From an uncultured virus (IMG/VR IMGVR_UViG_3300044732_000510) (Duplodnaviria > Heunggongvirae > Uroviricota > Caudoviricetes): a stretch of DNA of 53,937 nt. Under the pieces are notes generated by a model. It had not been told where the DNA came from and ran no database searches. It saw only the letters and a program-made list of their open reading frames with translations. The DNA lies in the IMG/VR virus record IMGVR_UViG_3300044732_000510; one strand, 5' to 3'. Positions 40,485 to 48,368 of this stretch are shown here, one piece after another; the first letter of the stretch is position 1, and the number at the start of each line of letters is the position of its first letter. The position numbers and the translations under genes were made by a program.

Positions 40485-42110
40485 TTATATATATGCAGCA
40501 TGTTCAGTTATACGAACTCTGTCTATAAATGCTTCATCAGCAGCATTACTTAATTGAATAGCAAATAAAATGTAAAGCTGACCTAGGTCTACAGTTGAAT
40601 TTTGTATAGTATTACCTGTATTACTTAAATCACTTGCAGATTGTGTTAATCCATTAAACATTGTAAATACAGTATCTATTTTTTTAACATCTCTAAAATT
40701 TCTTAAATAGGCATTTGCTGCTGCAGGTTGATTTGCACCTGTTGCTATTTTTACAAAAGTACCTGAAAAATCTGATGTATCTGATAAATATACTTGAGAT
40801 TGAACATTTCCTAGTGCAGTAGTTCTATAACAACCCCAAGATATTTCAAGAATTGAATCTGTTGCTAACATACCACTTATATCCTTAAATACTGAAATAA
40901 CAGGAACAGTAGTTCCAGTAACTCCAGCTCCAAAATCAGGATGGTTAAATATAGTTTTAACATAATCAGGTGGTACAGGACCAGCCGGACCAGGAATTCC
41001 TTGAATCCCTTGAGGACCCTGAGGACCAGTAGCACCCTGTGCAGCAAGTAGTGCCCAATTTGCAGTATCAACAGATGGATCTGTAACAGATGGACCTACA
41101 CCAGATGGATTATAACAAAAGAATGATTCACCTGCAAAAGATACAGCATCATTCTCAGCATATGTACCAGCATTAGACCATGCGCCACTCCAGTTTAATC
41201 CTGCTGGACCAACTGGTCCCGGAACTCCTTGTGGTCCTTGTGCACCCTGTGCTCCTGTTGCACCTGTAGCACCATTTGCACCTGCAGGTCCTACGGCACC
41301 TTGTGATGCCAATAAAGCCCAATTTAATGGATCAATATCTGGACTAGTAGTTCCTGATGTTGCTGTTATACAAAAGTAAGATGCACCTGCATAACCAACT
41401 GCATCATCTACATTATATGAATTTCCAGAAACCCACGCACCTTGCCAATTCAATCCAGCAGGTCCTACTGGTCCAGGCACACCTTGTATTCCTTGAGGAC
41501 CTGTTGGTCCCACTGGTCCAAGAGGCCCTTGAGCACCGGTAGCTCCAGTTAAACCAATTGGTCCTTGTATACCTTGAGGTCCAACAGCACCTTGTATACC
41601 TTGTGCTCCCTGAATACCTTGAGGACCTTGTGCACCTTGAGATGCTAACAATGCCCAGTTTGCAGTAGCTAAGTTTGGAGGAGTTGTTCCTGATGTTGGA
41701 GCAATACAGTACCATGAAGCACCATTATAACCAACTGAATCATTTATTGAATAAGATGTACCGGATACCCATGTACCTTCCCATACTAAACCGGCAGGTC
41801 CCACAGGTCCTGGATTTCCTTGAATACCTTGTACTCCAGAAGGTCCTTGTATACCAGCTGGTCCAGTAGCTCCCTGATTTCCTTGAGGTCCGGCAATTCC
41901 CTGAGGCCCCTGAGGTCCTTGTGGTCCAGTTGGACCGGTTGCGCCTGGTGTTATTTGACCTATAAAGTCCTGTACAGTAATTGCTCCTGCCAGATAAGCG
42001 TCATCTCTTCTAGGATCTTTAAGTCCTACTGGTAATACTGTTTTAGCAGGATCTACAGATGTTACTTGTCTGCGTCCTCTTATCCAAGAAATAAAATTTA
42101 AGATATCCAT
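40485..42110 (-). CDS. Collagen-like fibre with three CBM-like repeats
   Basis: G-X-Y triplet tracts alternate with three W.G.W.....Y...D.V...G.S.(Y/F)C...NWALLA repeats. Confidence 0.8.
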   Translation of the reverse strand: MDILNFISWIRGRRQVTSVDPAKTVLPVGLKDPRRDDAYLAGAITVQDFIGQITPGATGPTGPQGPQGPQGIAGPQGNQGATGPAGIQGPSGVQGIQGNPGPVGPAGLVWEGTWVSGTSYSINDSVGYNGASWYCIAPTSGTTPPNLATANWALLASQGAQGPQGIQGAQGIQGAVGPQGIQGPIGLTGATGAQGPLGPVGPTGPQGIQGVPGPVGPAGLNWQGAWVSGNSYNVDDAVGYAGASYFCITATSGTTSPDIDPLNWALLASQGAVGPAGANGATGATGAQGAQGPQGVPGPVGPAGLNWSGAWSNAGTYAENDAVSFAGESFFCYNPSGVGPSVTDPSVDTANWALLAAQGATGPQGPQGIQGIPGPAGPVPPDYVKTIFNHPDFGAGVTGTTVPVISVFKDISGMLATDSILEISWGCYRTTALGNVQSQVYLSDTSDFSGTFVKIATGANQPAAANAYLRNFRDVKKIDTVFTMFNGLTQSASDLSNTGNTIQNSTVDLGQLYILFAIQLSNAADEAFIDRVRITEHAAYI

Positions 42111-42213
42111 GATAATTAGTTTTATAAATATACTATAATATACAAAAAATATTTGATATAAAAAAATCCTTAGCTAAAAAACTAAGGATCTTTTTGTTTG
42201 GAGAGCATGTAGG

Positions 42214-42411
42214 TTAAAACATCAAGCCCATGAAGAATGCAATAAAGAGCATTACTGTCAAGGTTAAATTAGCATATTTCTTTCCTTCTGGGTCTTCTTC
42301 CCAGACATTATGTATCTTATTATACAAAGGCTTACTCATAGCATTGTTTACTAAGAATAAAAAGCCTATGACCATTACACCAAATATAAACAGGATTCCT
42401 TTCAGTATCAT
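42214..42411 (-). CDS. Small two-TM membrane protein
   Basis: Two hydrophobic segments; overlaps the upstream stop codon. Confidence 0.6.
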   Translation of the reverse strand: MILKGILFIFGVMVIGFLFLVNNAMSKPLYNKIHNVWEEDPEGKKYANLTLTVMLFIAFFMGLMF

Positions 42412-42779
42412 AGTGAGTCAATTCTTTTTTGTAAATATACTAAAGCTTTTTGTAAATCTTCCTTTTCAGTCAATTTATTTTTCTTACCAGCTCTAGCAAC
42501 ATACTTGATCACATTACCTAGATAAAAGTCTTTATCAAGTCCCCAAGCCTCTAGTACTTGAAACACTTCATAGGTATTATCCTTACCACCATAGTATTTA
42601 GGTCTTGGTCCTTGATCTAAGTTTACAACTCTTTTACTCCAGTCTATTTCTTCTGCTGTAGGGCAGGGACTAGTAGTAATACTAGTATCCTTTCCATAAA
42701 CATCCTTTGCCATATCTGCATATGGAGAGTATTTATCACCTGGACTTGGAGTATATGTATTATAATTTTTTGTTGCCAT
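42408..42779 (-). CDS. DUF3310 (T7 gp1.7-like) protein
   Basis: P.YY...E......F.LGNVIKYV.RAG.K....EDL.KA..YL signature. Confidence 0.8.
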   Translation of the reverse strand: MATKNYNTYTPSPGDKYSPYADMAKDVYGKDTSITTSPCPTAEEIDWSKRVVNLDQGPRPKYYGGKDNTYEVFQVLEAWGLDKDFYLGNVIKYVARAGKKNKLTEKEDLQKALVYLQKRIDSL

Positions 42780-42782
42780 AAC

Positions 42783-43076
42783 TTACCATACTATAACTAC
42801 GTCACCTTCATTAAGAACAAGTTTGATAGCTCCATCTATTTCTATGCGCTCCATGTGCTCCATATTCAGGGCCCCTGTTCTTACATAAACAACATCACCT
42901 TCTTTGACATCTTCTACTTTATCTCCTATGGCATAAACTGTAAGTCTACTCCACAGCTTTGCAGCTTCTTGCATCATTGCTTCTTCATCCTTGGCAGACA
43001 GCTCAAGTGCTGACTTTTTTCTTTCAGGTACACTTAATAAAATAGTGCGGCCTCTTAATAACTTAAACGGTTTCAT
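42783..43076 (-). CDS. GroES-like co-chaperonin
   Basis: Contains V.AIG..V..VKEGD.V, IEIDG...VL.E.DV and an N-terminal strand typical of Cpn10. Confidence 0.7.
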   Translation of the reverse strand: MKPFKLLRGRTILLSVPERKKSALELSAKDEEAMMQEAAKLWSRLTVYAIGDKVEDVKEGDVVYVRTGALNMEHMERIEIDGAIKLVLNEGDVVIVW

Positions 43077-43078
43077 GT

Positions 43079-43366
43079 TTATTTATTTTTTAGAGTTAAT
43101 ACTTTTACTACTGACATGGATGCATTTAATATCTCACCTAATGCATGGTCAAAGAGCAGACTTTTCAACGGACCTCTTTCATTCTCATAGTCTTTCTTTA
43201 AGATCTCAGCCATTTCAGCTGCTAGTAACTTTACTTTAGTTACTGTGGTATCATCTAGATTATCTGGATCTAATCCCATTAACTGATGTCCAAATGGGAT
43301 GATCTTGTGCTCAAGTACTTCTGGAGCTTGATCTGGTATAGCATATACCGGTTTCTTTTCACTCAT
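43079..43366 (-). CDS. Helical-hairpin protein, possible Acb2/Tad1-like signal sponge
   Basis: The FG....G......D..V..VK...A..A........A..E...A.M.VVK..T pattern is recalled as Acb2/Tad1-hairpin-like; unverified. Confidence 0.4.
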   Translation of the reverse strand: MSEKKPVYAIPDQAPEVLEHKIIPFGHQLMGLDPDNLDDTTVTKVKLLAAEMAEILKKDYENERGPLKSLLFDHALGEILNASMSVVKVLTLKNK

Positions 43367-43384
43367 ATTGTTGGTTTTAAAAAT

Positions 43385-43684
43385 TTACGCATCATACTTT
43401 TGGTTAGTGGTAGTAGAAGATGGTACTTTCTCTACCATAGGAGGATCTTCTGACAAGAGTGTAAACTTAATCTTCTCTAAGATACCTATGATATGTGGAT
43501 TGCCATAAGCACCCTCATTAACTCTTACCTCCAAGCCTCCTTCTGTTTCTGTGATAGAAACAATTACTGTATCTTTTTCCATGTCTAATATTTTTAATAG
43601 TTCATCATAGACCATCCTAGCCTCTAAGTTAGACCCTGTCTTTTCTGCAACAAGCAGCCATAACTTTTTCTGTTCTAGTGTCAT
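43385..43684 (-). CDS. Hypothetical protein
   Basis: The likely ATG start (MTLEQ) lies downstream of a TATATTTG element. Confidence 0.6.
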   Translation of the reverse strand: MTLEQKKLWLLVAEKTGSNLEARMVYDELLKILDMEKDTVIVSITETEGGLEVRVNEGAYGNPHIIGILEKIKFTLLSEDPPMVEKVPSSTTTNQKYDA

Positions 43685-43825
43685 CTCATATAATAAACTT
43701 AGTGATGACAAATATATAAATTTTTTTTGTTTAAACTAAAAACCCCGGAAAATTTCCAGGGCTTCTAGCAAATCAAATCAATTATGTTTATCATTTAGTA
43801 AAATGAACAGTACAAATATAATAAA

Positions 43826-44458
43826 TTATTCTGTATCATAAAACATTCTTTCAGAATCTTCTGTATTCCATTTTTCATAACCCTCACAATTGTAGTAGTC
43901 TTTGTTAACCAGATAGTCAGGTCTCTCAGGAAAAGGCTTAGTAACAAAGCTAGGTTCAGACCACTTAATCCGGTTGTTAGGTTGTAGTGCTATCTGACCA
44001 TTGTCCAGGAGAATAATATGGTGACTCTTATGTTCTAGTGCATCTTCAGCCAGAGACAAGTCTGTGTTCATATCATTACTACCCCAGTTAATAGTAGCAT
44101 AGTAGTTTCCTTTGTGGAACTTTTTATCTTTCATATAAACTTCCACTGGAGTATCATAAAGATATGACAGATGTAACAGAGTAAAGTTATAGGAGAAACA
44201 ATTCCATATCTGTAAGTAGTGAAACGGTAGGTCAGGATCCGGTAGCTTTGGTTCAGTCAGTAATGCATGGGCTGGTAGCTTATCTCTAAGCACTCCATTG
44301 TCTAACAGTACCTGGAACAGTGCAGCTTGACCCGGCATACACCTAACTGAAATGATAACCCCCGGGGTAAATTCTCCTAAACCCTTAGTGTGCTGATACA
44401 TGTACTCATTCCTAACATATACCTTCAGTGGAAAAAAATTGTGTTCTATATATGCCAT
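43826..44458 (-). CDS. Conserved phage hypothetical protein
   Basis: VRNEY, LQIWNCFSY and HKSHH...LDNGQIA.QPNNR motifs. The start was moved to MAYIEH. Confidence 0.7.
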   Translation of the reverse strand: MAYIEHNFFPLKVYVRNEYMYQHTKGLGEFTPGVIISVRCMPGQAALFQVLLDNGVLRDKLPAHALLTEPKLPDPDLPFHYLQIWNCFSYNFTLLHLSYLYDTPVEVYMKDKKFHKGNYYATINWGSNDMNTDLSLAEDALEHKSHHIILLDNGQIALQPNNRIKWSEPSFVTKPFPERPDYLVNKDYYNCEGYEKWNTEDSERMFYDTE

Positions 44459-44931
44459 GTAACAAAGATATAAAAAAATCCCGGACTGTAACACCCGGGA
44501 CTTCTTACCCAGTCCGTTGACCAGGAAACACATATCTTATTACAAAGATATAACTTTAATTAGAATGTGGTGGTATTGTATATAGTAGAATGTGATGGTA
44601 AAATGTTGCACATAAGAGAATGAGGTGGGGTATGCATGGATGAGCCCCACCCTCAGCTGGAGTTGGTGGTACCCCCCGTGAAGAAATGGCAGACAAAAAC
44701 AAATCAAGATGCAATAATATATTTTTATCTGTAGGAAATATGTATGTAATAGCATGATAGTTATCAATAGATATGTTAGATAGTATGATGTATAGTATGA
44801 TGTATATAACCAATGCTTCCTGAAATATCTCAACCAACATGTTATATATCTAACAAGCAGGCAAGCACACACAGTATATGTATATAGTGTATCTCCACTT
44901 TTAAATGATGATAATAAATAAATTAATAATT

Positions 44932-45066
44932 ATGGAAGAGACAACAGAAAAATGGGAAGATGTAATGCTTGCTAAGTTAGAAGAACAAAAGCAAGAGTTT
45001 ATTAAAGCATACATTAAAACATATGGAGAGTATCCAAAGTGTTATGCTCATGAACAAGGGAAGTAA
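44932..45066 (+). CDS. 44-aa early protein (below the ORF-track cutoff)
   Basis: MEETTEKWEDVMLAKLEEQKQEFIKAYIKTYGEYPKCYAHEQGK, between motif copy 1 and a terminator hairpin. Confidence 0.7.
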   Translation: MEETTEKWEDVMLAKLEEQKQEFIKAYIKTYGEYPKCYAHEQGK

Positions 45067-45117
45067 TTCCCTTTTTCTTTTTCCACTTTTAAGTGATAAT
45101 AATTAAATCTATAGAAT

Positions 45118-45306
45118 ATGAATGAGACATTTTACATCTTAAGCTACAAAACTACTATTGGAGGAGGAGACACAGGAGAACCTGAACAAACAATAAAGAC
45201 TACAAGACCTGACCTTACTGCAAGGGAACTTGACTCTTTGCTTTACTCTCTTCAAGAAGGAGACTTTGGAGCACACTTTTGGGACATAGATATAAAGGAG
45301 CAATAG
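45118..45306 (+). CDS. Early hypothetical protein
   Basis: Second motif-ORF-hairpin cassette. Confidence 0.7.
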   Translation: MNETFYILSYKTTIGGGDTGEPEQTIKTTRPDLTARELDSLLYSLQEGDFGAHFWDIDIKEQ

Positions 45307-45366
45307 CTCCTTTATTTTGTGTGTGTTTTTCCACTCATAATATATAATAACAAATACATATAAACC

Positions 45367-45585
45367 ATGCTTGCAAAAATTATTTTTATTTGGTATCTCA
45401 TTACAGGGACTGTAGTGTACCAACATGATGTTGAAGGTAGAAACACTTATGCTCTATTCTTTCCTGATGGGAAGGTAGTTGATTATGCTTATAAGGCAGA
45501 AATCATAGAGTATATAGAGACCGGAACATTTGAGTATGATGAAACTTTGGAAGACAAAGTTACAGATGCAGATAAGGGGGAGTAA
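45367..45585 (+). CDS. Early protein with a hydrophobic N-terminus
   Basis: Third cassette. Confidence 0.7.
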   Translation: MLAKIIFIWYLITGTVVYQHDVEGRNTYALFFPDGKVVDYAYKAEIIEYIETGTFEYDETLEDKVTDADKGE

Positions 45586-45633
45586 TTCCCCTTTATTATT
45601 TTCCACTTTAAATCTAAACTAAATTAATATACT

Positions 45634-45810
45634 ATGAATACATTAGCATTAATCCTTACTTTGTGGGGAACACCTGTTGTCACTAATCAAGCTGACAAAA
45701 CTGTAGTAGAGTTTGAAGACAAGATGATAGTAGTCTTAGACTCTACTAGTAAGATCACTGAGATATATGTACTTGGTGATGAAGATTGGACAAGACTGAG
45801 AGCTGAATAA
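45634..45810 (+). CDS. 58-aa early protein, paralog of 50712-50984
   Basis: MNTLALILTLWGTPVVTNQADKTVVEFEDKMIVVLDSTSKITEIYVLGDEDWTRLRAE; fourth cassette. Confidence 0.7.
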   Translation: MNTLALILTLWGTPVVTNQADKTVVEFEDKMIVVLDSTSKITEIYVLGDEDWTRLRAE

Positions 45811-45859
45811 GCTCTTAGTTTTCTCCACTTTTAAATGTAACTAATTAAAATTATATATT

Positions 45860-46051
45860 ATGGAATCAAAAGAACTATTTGCTATAGCTGATCAGTTAGA
45901 CCTATTGATTGATAGCTTAGAAAACATAGCAAAGACCTTTGAACAGAAATGTGAGCTGTCTGACTTGAAGGCTTATAGAGCACATGTTCAAGAAGGTATT
46001 GAAAGCTTAGTAAGTCAAGCTGAAGACCAAATGAATGAAGGGGGTTATTAA
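45860..46051 (+). CDS. Acidic helical early protein
   Basis: Fifth cassette. Confidence 0.7.
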   Translation: MESKELFAIADQLDLLIDSLENIAKTFEQKCELSDLKAYRAHVQEGIESLVSQAEDQMNEGGY

Positions 46052-46106
46052 CTCCCTTTATTATTTCTCCACTTTAAATTAATTGTAAATTCTAAATCTA
46101 TATACC

Positions 46107-46175
46107 ATGGTAAGTTATGTAATTATCAACGGGATTGTTACCGTTAAGGAATGGGTATTAAACCCTAATGCATGA
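46107..46175 (+). CDS. 22-aa micro-peptide
   Basis: MVSYVIINGIVTVKEWVLNPNA lies between motif copy 6 and a hairpin (46180-46207), with the same spacing as the other cassettes. Confidence 0.5.
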   Translation: MVSYVIINGIVTVKEWVLNPNA

Positions 46176-46282
46176 GATTAAAGCATCACTTTAAATGTGG
46201 TGCTTTATTACTTTGATATATAGATACTTAACCAGAGTGTTTCTCCACTTTTAATAAACTGAAATATTTAAAACTATATATT

Positions 46283-46729
46283 ATGAGCTATTTAGGTTAT
46301 GAATGGGAAAATCAAGTTAGTATACTTGCATCCCGAATTACTCTGTATTTACAGAAAGAAATTAAATTATCTTTCTTGTCTTCAGCTACTGTTAGAACTA
46401 TAGCAGGTTATAGTAAGGACAAAGAAGAATGGACTGTTCAAGGCTTTTGTTTATCCAGATATAATATACCAATGGATGTAGCTGAGGAAATGGTTGCTGA
46501 CTTAAAGTGTATTTATGTAAATAAAAGATACACATATGAAACAGCATTTGCAGTTTGTGCTTATCCTGAAGTTATGCAAGCTTGGTATGATATGATGTGG
46601 GAAGGAACTGTTGCTACTAAACTTATACAAGATGCAGGTGGTATAGATGCAATGTGTAGATTATCTGAAGAAGCACATCAAGCACTTGAGCAAAAGTTAA
46701 AAGCAGAAACAGAAAGATGTTTAGTTTAG
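46283..46729 (+). CDS. Early hypothetical protein
   Basis: Seventh cassette, followed by a GGGGGA-GTAA-TCCCC-T tract terminator. Confidence 0.75.
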   Translation: MSYLGYEWENQVSILASRITLYLQKEIKLSFLSSATVRTIAGYSKDKEEWTVQGFCLSRYNIPMDVAEEMVADLKCIYVNKRYTYETAFAVCAYPEVMQAWYDMMWEGTVATKLIQDAGGIDAMCRLSEEAHQALEQKLKAETERCLV

Positions 46730-46854
46730 AATAAGGGGGAGTAATCCCCTTTTTTTTTAAATGTTAACCATGGTGTCTTTTGTTGTTGCTCCGCAACAAG
46801 GCTTTTTTCCACTCATAATAGAGGGGGATTATTAACCTTTTAAATTTTAGCATT

Positions 46855-47247
46855 ATGAGCAAAATTGAATTTAAGCCGGAAACAACACCGGCAGGAGACA
46901 CAGTATTAGTAGCATCTATTACTGCGGAATTGGTATCTCAAGGTAGCAACCCAATTGCAAACAAAAATGGTAATGAGTTTTATCCCGTTACTATTAAGTT
47001 TGAGAATGCATTGGGTAATCAACAATCTGTACCTGCATTGTTATACAAAGGCAATGCTGATTATGGTGTTGAAAAGGGAGTTAGCTATCTTACAAAGATT
47101 ATTGCTAGTGCAGGTAGTAAACCGTTGTTTATTATGTCTCACTTAGCAAGAGGTACTGAAGCTAGCTTAGCTGACTTGGGCTTGAATATGGAAGACTTCC
47201 AAACAGCAGGAGTTATCCAAGACTTCAACAAGGTACCTAAGAAGTAA
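46855..47247 (+). CDS. Early protein, possibly OB-fold/ssDNA-binding
   Basis: Eighth cassette; beta-rich with an aromatic/Gly pattern. The fold assignment is inference. Confidence 0.5.
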   Translation: MSKIEFKPETTPAGDTVLVASITAELVSQGSNPIANKNGNEFYPVTIKFENALGNQQSVPALLYKGNADYGVEKGVSYLTKIIASAGSKPLFIMSHLARGTEASLADLGLNMEDFQTAGVIQDFNKVPKK

Positions 47248-47256
47248 GGTAATTAA

Positions 47257-47291
47257 GAGCACTCTGTAGAAATACAGGGTGTTCTTTTTTT
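47257..47291 (+). terminator. Intrinsic terminator
   Basis: AGAGCACTCTGTA-GAAA-TACAGGGTGTTCT followed by a T tract. Confidence 0.8.
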
Positions 47292-47821
47292 ATTCAGCTT
47301 GATTACTTAACCTATAGTAGGTATAGTGGCTTTATTTAAATAGTTAACCATGATATTAAATAGTTAACCATGGTTTTTTTCTTTGTGCTTCGCAGGCTTA
47401 TTTCCACTCATAAGGGAGTGGGGAAGATAGCGTGGAATGATCCGGTCAAGTAGGAATAGTAAGTACTATTATGGCTGTTTACACTACAATACACACATAC
47501 TGCATACTAGCCCGGGAATCATTCTGACTCTGAGTATATAAATTGTGCAGGATTAGTATAGAAAAATGTGTAAGAGAGTGTTAAAATGGGTGTTAAACTC
47601 TCCACGGTCACATTAGTAAAAGTAAAAGCTAACAATCTAGAACTAAGCTCAATATTAATATATATGGCTAGAACTAGCTTAATAAATTACACAGACTCTT
47701 ACTAAACTAACTTATTACTATTACTATATATTATTACTATTAAGTAAGAGTGTTGGACAGTAATATCTTCCGGGGATTATTAATCCGGTCAAAATATGAT
47801 TATTAACTTAAATTAAAACTT

Positions 47822-48184
47822 ATGATTATTACAGCTGAACACTTAGAACAATTACCTAATCACCCTAAAGTAGAAGAAATGATTAGGCTACACTATCCTC
47901 ATTTATATAGCAGATATAAATTAGTGAAACTTAAACAATCTCATAGACCGGAATCTAAGAGATTTGAGGGTAAACTTAATGAAAGAAGTAGCACATATGA
48001 AACTAGAAAAAGAACTAGACCATGGGATAACTGTTGGTTTAGTAATAAACCACATATTATTAATCTTACTGTAGAAGAAGCAGTAAGTAGGTATCCGGAT
48101 TATATGTTGTGGTGCTATAAAAACTTAAGTATCAAATGGTCTACACATACTATAAAACTATTTACCACAAGGTTTCAGGCATAA
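47822..48184 (+). CDS. Hypothetical protein
   Basis: C-terminal F..K.....TV.E.....PDY..W motif reminiscent of exonuclease X C-terminal/DUF3820-like modules. Confidence 0.55.
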   Translation: MIITAEHLEQLPNHPKVEEMIRLHYPHLYSRYKLVKLKQSHRPESKRFEGKLNERSSTYETRKRTRPWDNCWFSNKPHIINLTVEEAVSRYPDYMLWCYKNLSIKWSTHTIKLFTTRFQA

Positions 48185-48225
48185 CCTCTCATCCTGTAAA
48201 GCAGGGGTTGACTTGTGGTATATAT

Positions 48226-48368
48226 ACTCTCATCCAAGCAGGTGTATTACCAAGATAAAAGGAATTTAAAGGTGTAACAGTAAGGTTACTGTCTTTTATG
48301 GAGATATATATCAAGGATTGCAACCTTGTACTTATAGTAATATAAGTATCCAATATTTGGATGAGAGT
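48226..48368 (+). ncRNA. Candidate multi-branched structured RNA
   Basis: A perfect 12-bp closing stem (48226-48237/48357-48368) encloses several hairpins, including TACTTATA-GTAA-TATAAGTA. Confidence 0.55.

Larger units (their letters stand above)
44894..47413 (+). repeat. Nine dispersed copies of TCCACTYWWAA (putative early promoter / cassette boundary)
   Basis: Copies start at 44894, 45082, 45330, 45602, 45824, 46068, 46244, 46808 and 47403. All are intergenic and same-strand, and eight lie about 30-47 nt upstream of an ATG. Confidence 0.85.

Noticed and set aside
1543..43239. Numerous short plus-strand ORFs and alternative-frame ORFs inside the minus-strand module
   Set aside because: They fully overlap long, motif-bearing genes and have shadow-like composition, so they are treated as antisense or frame artefacts.
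44540..44872. Two minus-strand ORFs (110 aa and 94 aa) in the divergent junction
   Set aside because: They have non-ATG starts, low-complexity Tyr/Ile content derived from short repeats, and no leader; the region behaves as non-coding.
44894..47413. CRISPR array interpretation of the repeated motif, with the Cas4-like nuclease at 31689
   Set aside because: Repeats are only about 11 nt with 175-600 nt spacing filled by ORFs, and the nuclease is a usual stand-alone crAss-like PD-(D/E)xK protein.
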